Shown here: in pieces, positions 57,034 to 64,000 of the stretch
Position numbering within the stretch: position 1 is the stretch's first letter
Layout of the letters: every line of letters begins with the position of its first letter
From: Escherichia phage Mansfield
Sequence record: MK903282.1
Length of the DNA stretch: 64,000 nt
Direction: 5' to 3' (one strand)
Translations under genes and position numbers: made by a program
The notes under the pieces: model-generated
What the model saw: only the letters and a program-made list of their open reading frames with translations
What the model was told of the DNA's origin: nothing
The model's database searches: none

Positions 57034-57180
57034 ATGAAAAGCGAAGAATTGAATATCGAGCTTGAAGGTCTGTTAAAGTCGTTAGAACCTAAGCCCGTAG
57101 AGCTTCCCACCCTTGAAGGTGTCATGGCTCACCACCAATCGGCTGCGGCCAAACACTACTATGAATTTATTAAGGAATAA
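57034..57180 (+). CDS. small protein (48 aa), tentative
   Basis: Not in the ORF track; AGAGGTGA SD 3 nt upstream. Confidence 0.35.
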   Translation: MKSEELNIELEGLLKSLEPKPVELPTLEGVMAHHQSAAAKHYYEFIKE

Positions 57181-57182
57181 AA

Positions 57183-57473
57183 ATGAACGAACCAAAAATG
57201 ATGACTCCTGAAGAAGCACAAAAACTTCGCGTGGAAAACGAGCTGAAGCTTGTAAATGAAATTCTTCCTCTGTTTAAAGGCTATGCGGTTGAAGAAGTCG
57301 TTGGCGCAATCCTTAATGTGTCGACTCACGTGGCGATGAATCTGAATGCAGAGCGTTTCAATACTTTGCTGACGATCAACAACTTTACTGTCAGTGCAAC
57401 ATTTACAGTTGAGCCAGTAAATTTTGAAGAAGCTGCAGCCGCAATTCAACAACAGCGAGATCAAGAGGTGTAG
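57183..57473 (+). CDS. hypothetical protein (96 aa)
   Basis: AAGGA SD. Confidence 0.45.
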   Translation: MNEPKMMTPEEAQKLRVENELKLVNEILPLFKGYAVEEVVGAILNVSTHVAMNLNAERFNTLLTINNFTVSATFTVEPVNFEEAAAAIQQQRDQEV

Positions 57474-57474
57474 C

Positions 57475-57738
57475 ATGGGCGCTTTCCGCAACGAGTTCAT
57501 TTGGAACGTCACAAGCAGTCTTTCGACTTGTCCTAACTGTGCGAGCGATGTGATCAAGGTGCGGCAGCATCGCAACGCAGAGGAAGGTGCCTGGGAGGAC
57601 GGCGACCTTGTAGAGTGCCAGTGCTGCTCTCACGAAGGCGTGGTGGAGCTTTACGCAGGAGAAGGTTGTCCACCAGCAGAACGTTCAGCACGCGTTGAAT
57701 GGGATGCGACAGACTCCATCGGTGATCCTCAACAGTAA
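57475..57738 (+). CDS. zinc-ribbon protein (87 aa)
   Basis: ORF 57424..57738 trimmed to ATG 57475 (AGAGGTG SD); CPNC...CQCC. Confidence 0.45.
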   Translation: MGAFRNEFIWNVTSSLSTCPNCASDVIKVRQHRNAEEGAWEDGDLVECQCCSHEGVVELYAGEGCPPAERSARVEWDATDSIGDPQQ

Positions 57739-57756
57739 ATTTAGGTATAGATACAT

Positions 57757-57861
57757 ATGAAAGCCGTAAAGAAATACACATTAATCATTTCCCTTGTTAT
57801 CATCCTGGGGCTATTATATGTATTGGATATGGCATATTATTTGGCAGGGGTGAGTAAATGA
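57757..57861 (+). CDS. small membrane peptide (34 aa), tentative
   Basis: Not in the ORF track; stop overlaps next start (ATGA); single hydrophobic helix. Confidence 0.3.
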   Translation: MKAVKKYTLIISLVIILGLLYVLDMAYYLAGVSK

Positions 57862-58148
57862 ATATTGTAATTCTTTATGGTGAGAATATCAGCGATGACG
57901 ACATCGAAGTTGCCGTTGATGTTTACGGTATCGATGAGGTGAAACGTGTTGAAGAAATTAATGGCTCAAATCTTAATGAGATTGCCAAAGAAGCTGGTTG
58001 CCCTTCGGAAGAGATTCTGGTGGTTACTAACGATGACCTGTCTTCTATGGATTGTTTGCGCCGCATCTTCACCGATTGCCAATACCTTCATTCTGTTCAG
58101 TCAGTAAACAAATTGAGAAAGGCATACGCTGACCAATTTCCTTGCTGA
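57858..58148 (+). CDS. hypothetical acidic protein (96 aa)
   Basis: ORF. Confidence 0.45.
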   Translation: MNIVILYGENISDDDIEVAVDVYGIDEVKRVEEINGSNLNEIAKEAGCPSEEILVVTNDDLSSMDCLRRIFTDCQYLHSVQSVNKLRKAYADQFPC

Positions 58149-58200
58149 TAGTTCACCAGTTATATTGCTTTAAACTGAGTTTTACTATATTAATATACAA

Positions 58201-58224
58201 CGCCAGATTTCTGGCGTTTATTTA
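58201..58224 (+). terminator. rho-independent terminator
   Basis: CGCCAG / CTGGCG stem, 4-nt loop, then TTTATTTA. Confidence 0.6.
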
Positions 58225-58284
58225 CCGCACCCTGAAAGGATATATCCATGCAACAATATAACAAAGCCGTATCAGGAGGATTAA

Positions 58285-59955
58285 ATGTCAATTGAACATG
58301 ACAATCTTCCAGAGGATACAGGTGATGAATTTGGTGCAATCTTTGACGAAATTCAAGACGCTGGTGTTTCAGAAGAAATGCAAGCGGCAGAGCAGCAAGG
58401 CACCAGAGCTAAAATCAGCCTACAGCACAAGGCTGTTGAGAAAGATGCAGAGCGCATGGAATGCTACGGTGAAGAAGACTTGGTTGAAAGGGCACGTTTG
58501 CTCGCCTCACTTCAGGTAATCAAGTTCCCTCACTACAAACCGACGAAAGATGATTTTGTTCTTCAGGCGGACCGGACGAGTGACATGAACCGTTATGCGG
58601 TTTTCGACGCGTTGTTTGATAAGGGAAGTGGCGTTGTTCCATTCCCTCACAAAGATACTTTTCGTGGACGCTTAGTCGACCATCGCGGCGAAACTTTCAC
58701 CGACCGGACGTTGGAAGTTACAGAGATAGTTGCCGCTGTCGATGCAGCAGGACTGTCCAACCCAAACTCACGTCAGGTCGCTCAATCCTATAAGGAATGG
58801 GCCATGCGTTATCAGCGCGACGACCTGATGGACTTCTTCTACAAGAAGCTGCCTGAATGGGACGGTACTGCGCGCATTGAGAAATACCTTATCGAGCTAT
58901 TCCGACCGTTCGATACAGAGTTAAACCGACAAATCGGTGTGTATTTTTGGCTATCGCTCTATAACCGCCTGACCAACCCTGGCTGTCAAGCGCCAATCTC
59001 CATCGCGCTCATCGGCGGCCAGAACGCAGGGAAGAGTTATTTTAGCAAGCTGCTTTGCGAAGCTATTATGAACGACCGCCACGCAACACCGATTCCGTTG
59101 AACTTGGCCGCGCAGAACTTCAACCCGTTCTTGCGAGCTATTACGGGTCGCTCAATTATCGCGAACGTTGGCGAGATGACAGGCTTTAAAAAGGCTGACA
59201 TCGAAAACATGAAAGCATTCCTGACTAAGACGGAAGATGACCTGGACTTCAAATTTGAGGACACGCAGGTTAAACCACGCCAGTGGATTGCTATCATGGA
59301 CGGCAACGAATACGCAGGCATGCAGCGTGACGACACGGGCAACCGTCGTGTATACCCTATATTTGTTGGCCAACTCGCTGACAAGGACGGGCAACCGAAC
59401 TGGTCTAAAGACTTCCAAGCTGACCTTTCCACTTTGAAAGAAGACGTTTGGCAGCTGATGGCTGAGTGCGCTGCTTGGATGGAGAAGCACGGCGAAGCAG
59501 GTTACAATGCCTTTGTTGGTGAAACGTCTCGCATGCTTACTGAGTTCAGTAAGAACGAAATGGAACGCGCTCGCGGCGTTATCCGTGATGAGATGGTCGA
59601 CAACGACCTTGTTGAAGTCGTCATCACCGCGCCTTATGACCGACATCACAGCGGACGCTGGCACATCACCAGTGGTGCAATCGCTATGGGATTCAGAGCT
59701 AAGTGCGGCAAGTCGCCTTTCTCACGTACCCTTGCGCCGCACATGTCGAAGCTTGGATTTGAGCCTGCGACCTATCGCAACCAGCGCGGTTACTTTACGC
59801 CGCTGATTAAGAATGAAGCAGGGGAATACATTTCTGACCTGATGACTATTTTGGCGTATCTTATCCGCGACGAATCTGACCCTGAAGATATTGAATTCTT
59901 GAAGAAGGTTATTGAGCGCAAACGTTCTTTAGGAAGAGATAAGGATGAATTCTGA
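58285..59955 (+). CDS. SF3-type replicative helicase (primase C-terminal/VirE-like)
   Basis: Walker A LIGGQNAGKS; size and arrangement typical of phage primase-helicase C-terminal half; AGGAGG SD. Confidence 0.65.
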   Translation: MSIEHDNLPEDTGDEFGAIFDEIQDAGVSEEMQAAEQQGTRAKISLQHKAVEKDAERMECYGEEDLVERARLLASLQVIKFPHYKPTKDDFVLQADRTSDMNRYAVFDALFDKGSGVVPFPHKDTFRGRLVDHRGETFTDRTLEVTEIVAAVDAAGLSNPNSRQVAQSYKEWAMRYQRDDLMDFFYKKLPEWDGTARIEKYLIELFRPFDTELNRQIGVYFWLSLYNRLTNPGCQAPISIALIGGQNAGKSYFSKLLCEAIMNDRHATPIPLNLAAQNFNPFLRAITGRSIIANVGEMTGFKKADIENMKAFLTKTEDDLDFKFEDTQVKPRQWIAIMDGNEYAGMQRDDTGNRRVYPIFVGQLADKDGQPNWSKDFQADLSTLKEDVWQLMAECAAWMEKHGEAGYNAFVGETSRMLTEFSKNEMERARGVIRDEMVDNDLVEVVITAPYDRHHSGRWHITSGAIAMGFRAKCGKSPFSRTLAPHMSKLGFEPATYRNQRGYFTPLIKNEAGEYISDLMTILAYLIRDESDPEDIEFLKKVIERKRSLGRDKDEF

Positions 59956-60602
59956 TGAATAAAGCAATCAACATCGCTAAATTCTTTCAACATCTCGGTG
60001 AACTGAACAAAGAGAGTGACGTTCACGGAGAAGAAATGAACCGGATGATTTCAACCGTGTTGCGTGGTTTTGGTTACGATAAAGACTCCATCACCTGTAA
60101 ACGCACGAAGCTTGTCGATGAGACATACCTTTACTACGTTGAATTGCGCGTAGGGAAAGATTTGATGATCATCGACCCTAAATTGGAAGGGGCGCACTGT
60201 TTTGGCGCTCACCCTCGTGCAAGTGAATTCAAGGGGCGCGGTCGTAACCGACTCCAGAAGCTTGATGATGCAGGCGACTTGAACATCTCGATGTTCCTCA
60301 AAGAGTTCCTTGCTTTGCCGAAGGTTGCGTCTTCAACGGGTCGTGATGACCTTTGCAAGATTGGATTCAGAACTAAAGATTTGCGCAATGCGCTACGCAA
60401 GAAGGGATTTGTGCCTTCTTATGATAACGTCGCCGCGCTGATGGCTTCCATGGAGGAAGCTGAAGCAATGGACAAGGTGCGCGGCTATTTCCTGAATACA
60501 GGCTGCACAATGTATGAGTGGCACACCAAAGGATTGACGGTCGCCGACTTCATCTATTCATTAGAGCAGAAGTATGTACGCAATATGCAGGCCACAGGAT
60601 AA
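59955..60602 (+). CDS. hypothetical protein (215 aa)
   Basis: ORF, start overlaps helicase stop. Confidence 0.5.
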   Translation: MNKAINIAKFFQHLGELNKESDVHGEEMNRMISTVLRGFGYDKDSITCKRTKLVDETYLYYVELRVGKDLMIIDPKLEGAHCFGAHPRASEFKGRGRNRLQKLDDAGDLNISMFLKEFLALPKVASSTGRDDLCKIGFRTKDLRNALRKKGFVPSYDNVAALMASMEEAEAMDKVRGYFLNTGCTMYEWHTKGLTVADFIYSLEQKYVRNMQATG

Positions 60603-60641
60603 TTATCATCAAAATATTTGCTTTTCTGAAGAGGTGATATT

Positions 60642-60866
60642 ATGATTAATTTAGACAGGATTGAGTTAGCACTTAGTACCTTAATCAAATATTACCAGTT
60701 TGCTTTTAAGGCCAGTTTGTTCGGCTTGTTCAATCCTCATCAAGCAGCAAAGGCGCGAAGCAATGCAAACCGCCTGCGTTGTACTGGTATAGTCATCCAC
60801 GACCGGATATTGACAGAGGGTAGATCCAGCCATGAATACACAAGGGAGAATAACAAATCAGCGTAG
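60642..60866 (+). CDS. hypothetical protein (74 aa)
   Basis: ORF. Confidence 0.4.
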   Translation: MINLDRIELALSTLIKYYQFAFKASLFGLFNPHQAAKARSNANRLRCTGIVIHDRILTEGRSSHEYTRENNKSA

Positions 60867-61041
60867 GGCTTTACAAGTCCTCGTCCACTACCTGACACGC
60901 CTTTATCCAACGGCGCACGAGCAGAATCCATCAACGGGTCACCTGTTTAAGCGCCGTAACCTTTCGTTGAAAACATTCGCTTTAATCCAATACGACCGCT
61001 ACCTGGACGGGCGCTACAGCGGCCCGAAGGACTCACTATGA
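60832..61041 (+). CDS. hypothetical protein (69 aa)
   Basis: ORF. Confidence 0.35.
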   Translation: MNTQGRITNQRRALQVLVHYLTRLYPTAHEQNPSTGHLFKRRNLSLKTFALIQYDRYLDGRYSGPKDSL

Positions 61042-61316
61042 TTACTACATACAAAATATTCTTTGTCAAGTGCACATCATCGATTGATGACCAGTTTACT
61101 GCTGGAAAGAATTATCCCGTGATTTCTGAGTCAAAACTAGATATAATCTTGAATGATCATGAAATCTATGAGCCAATGCCAGCGACTGCGTTTGATGTTA
61201 TCGGTCACGTTCGGATTAAGACGAATGTTGAAACGATGCATGACCCGTTGTTCAAGAAGCAAATTAAGAATGCCATGCAAGACTTTTGCGCGGCAATGTT
61301 TAAATACTATAAGTGA
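61038..61316 (+). CDS. hypothetical protein (92 aa)
   Basis: ORF. Confidence 0.45.
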   Translation: MITTYKIFFVKCTSSIDDQFTAGKNYPVISESKLDIILNDHEIYEPMPATAFDVIGHVRIKTNVETMHDPLFKKQIKNAMQDFCAAMFKYYK

Positions 61317-61323
61317 GTTGAAG

Positions 61324-61545
61324 ATGAGCAAGAAAACTCTTAAGGCTGGCGACCGTATCCGTTGGGTGTCAGGACAGAATATGCGCGCAGGCACCATCCT
61401 TGAGTTGGATGAATACCTTACCGATTCGCGCGGTCGCAATCATTACCGCGTTCGAATCGATACGGTAAAAGAAGATGACAAGTCACTGGTTGGTGAAGTG
61501 GTCATCGTTACTCCACGTCAAATTAAGGCGGCTTGTGAAGCGTGA
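61324..61545 (+). CDS. hypothetical protein (73 aa)
   Basis: ORF 61153..61545 trimmed to the first ATG after the upstream stop. Confidence 0.4.
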   Translation: MSKKTLKAGDRIRWVSGQNMRAGTILELDEYLTDSRGRNHYRVRIDTVKEDDKSLVGEVVIVTPRQIKAACEA

Positions 61546-61699
61546 ATAAATTTCAATTTAGCGATAATAAAATCAGTAAGGCAGATGCAATCAAGCAGCT
61601 TCGCCGCGTACTTGAAGCCAGCGGCCATACGAAAGAGCGTTCACGCGTCCTAGCCAAAGAACATTATAAACGTTTTGTGTCACAAATCAGAGGTTAATT

Positions 61700-62194
61700 A
61701 TGATCATCCATCGCCCTTTAATGTTAAAGAAAGAAGAGTGTGAAGAAATCTTACACGCATTGAGACGTGCAGAAGCAGATGTTAACCTTCGTGTAAGGGT
61801 AAGAGACTTCATCATGAAGGAGTTTGAAAGTGATGATGTTGACTATGCCATTGATGAATTGCTGAAGCGCAACGTCAAGGGTGCAACAATACCTATTTAC
61901 CATCAATCTCGTTGCGTACAAGTTCCTATCAAGACTTATGTTGATAAAAAGCCGCGCCTTAAGCCTGTTCCGGCTGATAAAATAGAAGTCGGTGATGTTA
62001 TCGTCTGCGTCTATTACGGCAGTCAGATTTTCAATGCTGTTGTAGTAAGACGATACAGCATAAACGGATGCCAATACATGGAAGTGACAAACGCAAAGAA
62101 AGAACCTGGCAGCTTGAACGTGGCTTATGCATTAAGGGAATTCAGCAGCCCTTCTTGCACTCTTTATAAGGTACTCGACCATGGCTCATGTTAA
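61700..62194 (+). CDS. hypothetical protein (164 aa)
   Basis: AGAGG SD. Confidence 0.5.
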   Translation: MIIHRPLMLKKEECEEILHALRRAEADVNLRVRVRDFIMKEFESDDVDYAIDELLKRNVKGATIPIYHQSRCVQVPIKTYVDKKPRLKPVPADKIEVGDVIVCVYYGSQIFNAVVVRRYSINGCQYMEVTNAKKEPGSLNVAYALREFSSPSCTLYKVLDHGSC

Positions 62195-62528
62195 AGACGA
62201 AGTGTTGTTTGGCGCAGAGATTAAGAAGCGTGTCAGAGAAATGGCAGGAGAAGAAAGAATGAAACCGCTGCGAAAAGGCTTTGATCACATCAATGGCGTA
62301 TCCGGCACGAAGGAGATGGGCGTGTTGGTAAAAGACATTCGCGTTGGCGATGTCATGGTCATCGACCGACAAGCGCGAGTCGTTATCCAGGTGCAACCGA
62401 ACGATGATGAAGGATGTGTCCTATTGAAGCTGAAGAAACTTTCATCCAGCCCAGCAAAGGCCGTCATCAAGAAGGTATGGCCCGAAGGATTACGCAAACT
62501 CATCCGTAGACCCGTGGAGAATTTGTAA
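62181..62528 (+). CDS. hypothetical protein (115 aa)
   Basis: ORF. Confidence 0.45.
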   Translation: MAHVKDEVLFGAEIKKRVREMAGEERMKPLRKGFDHINGVSGTKEMGVLVKDIRVGDVMVIDRQARVVIQVQPNDDEGCVLLKLKKLSSSPAKAVIKKVWPEGLRKLIRRPVENL

Positions 62529-62764
62529 TGGAAGATTATATCAACGCTATGTATATGGCATTCTATGTCGTGCAACTTCCGAATGGCGCGGTATTCTATG
62601 GCGAGTATACCTTTGACGTTCAATATGACGTTTCAGAGCGTACAGTGTTAACAAGGGAGTTGATTGCGGACCTTAAGGACGACATCAAACGCGTCGCGCG
62701 ACAGCAGTTCAATTTGGATGACACAGTCATCGTTCGAATTACCGGAATAACAGAGGTGCAGTAA
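62528..62764 (+). CDS. hypothetical protein (78 aa)
   Basis: ORF, coupled to neighbours. Confidence 0.45.
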   Translation: MEDYINAMYMAFYVVQLPNGAVFYGEYTFDVQYDVSERTVLTRELIADLKDDIKRVARQQFNLDDTVIVRITGITEVQ

Positions 62765-63093
62765 TGACCCGTGATCAGATACTCGCCGCGCATGAGCGTG
62801 AGAAGGTTAAAGAGATTTGTAAAAGGCACAGATCATTTGCCGATTCTTACGCCTTCTTAAAGTCCTGTATCAAGCAAAATGCAAGGATGGACAATACTGT
62901 ATTGACATTCAACCTTTTGTCTAACGGAGCAAAGCTTGATGCAATATGCGGCTGCAGAATTGCCAGCATGACGTTTGAGCGATGTGCTCACAAAGACTCT
63001 TTCTTCTATCAATTCTCCCACCGGACGGGTGATACAAAGATAACAAGGACAAGGCACGAGATAGAGATTGACTTACTCCACTATGTAAAATGA
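62764..63093 (+). CDS. hypothetical protein (109 aa)
   Basis: ORF. Confidence 0.45.
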   Translation: MTRDQILAAHEREKVKEICKRHRSFADSYAFLKSCIKQNARMDNTVLTFNLLSNGAKLDAICGCRIASMTFERCAHKDSFFYQFSHRTGDTKITRTRHEIEIDLLHYVK

Positions 63094-63178
63094 ATATCAA
63101 AAAGGTGAGCTAAATGCTTGCCTTTTATTTTATCAATACTTATACTCTTTTCATCAAGACTAACAAGCGAGGTGAATT

Positions 63179-63496
63179 ATGATTTACTTAGGCATTGACC
63201 AGGAACAAGACGAGCGGTTAGGAAGCGTGTTAAACGTAGACTTAAACACAGCTGTACACATCAGGCCTTGGCCAGAGGCGCATCCCGACGTAGTTGTACC
63301 CGTTGCGCCTTGGACGCGTTACGTTGCCATTGACAATGATGGCCTTGTCCATTGCTACTCAGAAAAGCCGACATACTTCGAAAAGTATCACCAATGGCTT
63401 ATGACTGGTTGGGCAAAGGTGCGATGCTGCGGCGAAGTCGGTCTGGAAGGCTGGAGCTTCGAGGCTAGTGAATCGTGTGTCGAGGTGCAATTATGA
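63179..63496 (+). CDS. hypothetical protein (105 aa)
   Basis: GAGGTGA SD. Confidence 0.45.
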   Translation: MIYLGIDQEQDERLGSVLNVDLNTAVHIRPWPEAHPDVVVPVAPWTRYVAIDNDGLVHCYSEKPTYFEKYHQWLMTGWAKVRCCGEVGLEGWSFEASESCVEVQL

Positions 63497-63711
63497 ATGC
63501 CACGCTGGGTAAGCTGTCTTTCAACAAGCGCAATGAGCTGCGCATGGTGTCTCGTTTTCAGTTTTTATTGAATGCTATGTCAAGCGTTGCCATAACAATG
63601 CTTCGCGCTGATTGCCCTGCTGAAAAGCGTGAGACTTTATTCAAACGTCACCAACAATTAAGAAATGCTGCTTATAAACTGCAGCAATATGCTATGGAGT
63701 ATGCAAAATGA
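63475..63711 (+). CDS. hypothetical protein (78 aa)
   Basis: ORF. Confidence 0.4.
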   Translation: MCRGAIMNATLGKLSFNKRNELRMVSRFQFLLNAMSSVAITMLRADCPAEKRETLFKRHQQLRNAAYKLQQYAMEYAK

Positions 63712-64000
63712 GAATGAAACGTTGTCCTTATTGCCACGATGTGATGCATCTTCCACACGAAGATTTTGTGCAGCACATGACTAATTGTGATAAGAATCCT
63801 AAGAGCGAAAGCCAGCTTGAAGAAAGGATGTTTCTGGTGTCATTCAAGTATTCAGCTTATGACGTGCAACTGGCTTATGGCGCGAGCGGCGCACCAAGTG
63901 CTATCAACTGCCCAACAACATTGAGAAGTGACATCGACTCGATGCAGCTTGCGGCTTGGATTAACGTTAAGGAAGGCATCACGCCGCACTTTATCGCGCG
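63708..64000 (+). CDS. zinc-finger protein, 3'-truncated by window end
   Basis: Begins MRMKRCPYCHDVMH...; runs off the window. Confidence 0.4.
   Translation, partial: MRMKRCPYCHDVMHLPHEDFVQHMTNCDKNPKSESQLEERMFLVSFKYSAYDVQLAYGASGAPSAINCPTTLRSDIDSMQLAAWINVKEGITPHFIA

Noticed and set aside
1-64000. Diversity-generating retroelement, integrase or transposase, tRNA genes
   Set aside because: No reverse transcriptase, recombinase or transposase motifs recognised in any ORF, and no tRNA-like cloverleaf signature seen in non-coding regions.

Overview
This 64-kb window reads as a contiguous segment of a tailed dsDNA phage genome with a contractile-tail (myovirus-like) structural module; no integrase, tRNA, rRNA or CRISPR array was recognised. 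All calls come from reading the sequence and the ORF track by eye, with no homology search run, so product names rest on motifs I could recognise and on gene order. Layout: (1) 1-3900, an AT-rich leader, one early gene, then a CpG-rich island holding a dense array of an 11-mer (ATTTGCACTAT) and three diverged copies of a promoter/5'UTR/acidic-small-ORF cassette, followed by a repeat-rich non-coding stretch; (2) 3914-9332, minus-strand small genes and an orphan tail fiber with a C-terminal intramolecular-chaperone domain; (3) 9421-38009, plus-strand packaging, head, tail, baseplate, fiber and endolysin genes, interrupted by a two-gene minus-strand insert between terminase and portal and by an AT-rich iteron region at 15887-16456; (4) 38035-55732, minus-strand replication and nucleotide-metabolism genes (ligase, MazG-like, embedded Rz/Rz1, SNF2 helicase + VRR-NUC, Pol III alpha-like + DnaQ-like, SDR, HAD, divergent ThyX, FAD protein, Dda-like helicase); (5) 55836-64000, plus-strand prim-pol-like primase, SF3-type helicase and many small early ORFs. 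Most candidate novelty: the left-end island (11-mer array plus triplicated acidic-protein cassettes), the portal C-terminal pyrophosphatase-like extension, the iteron regions, and the accessory enzyme cluster around a ThyX with altered conserved motif.
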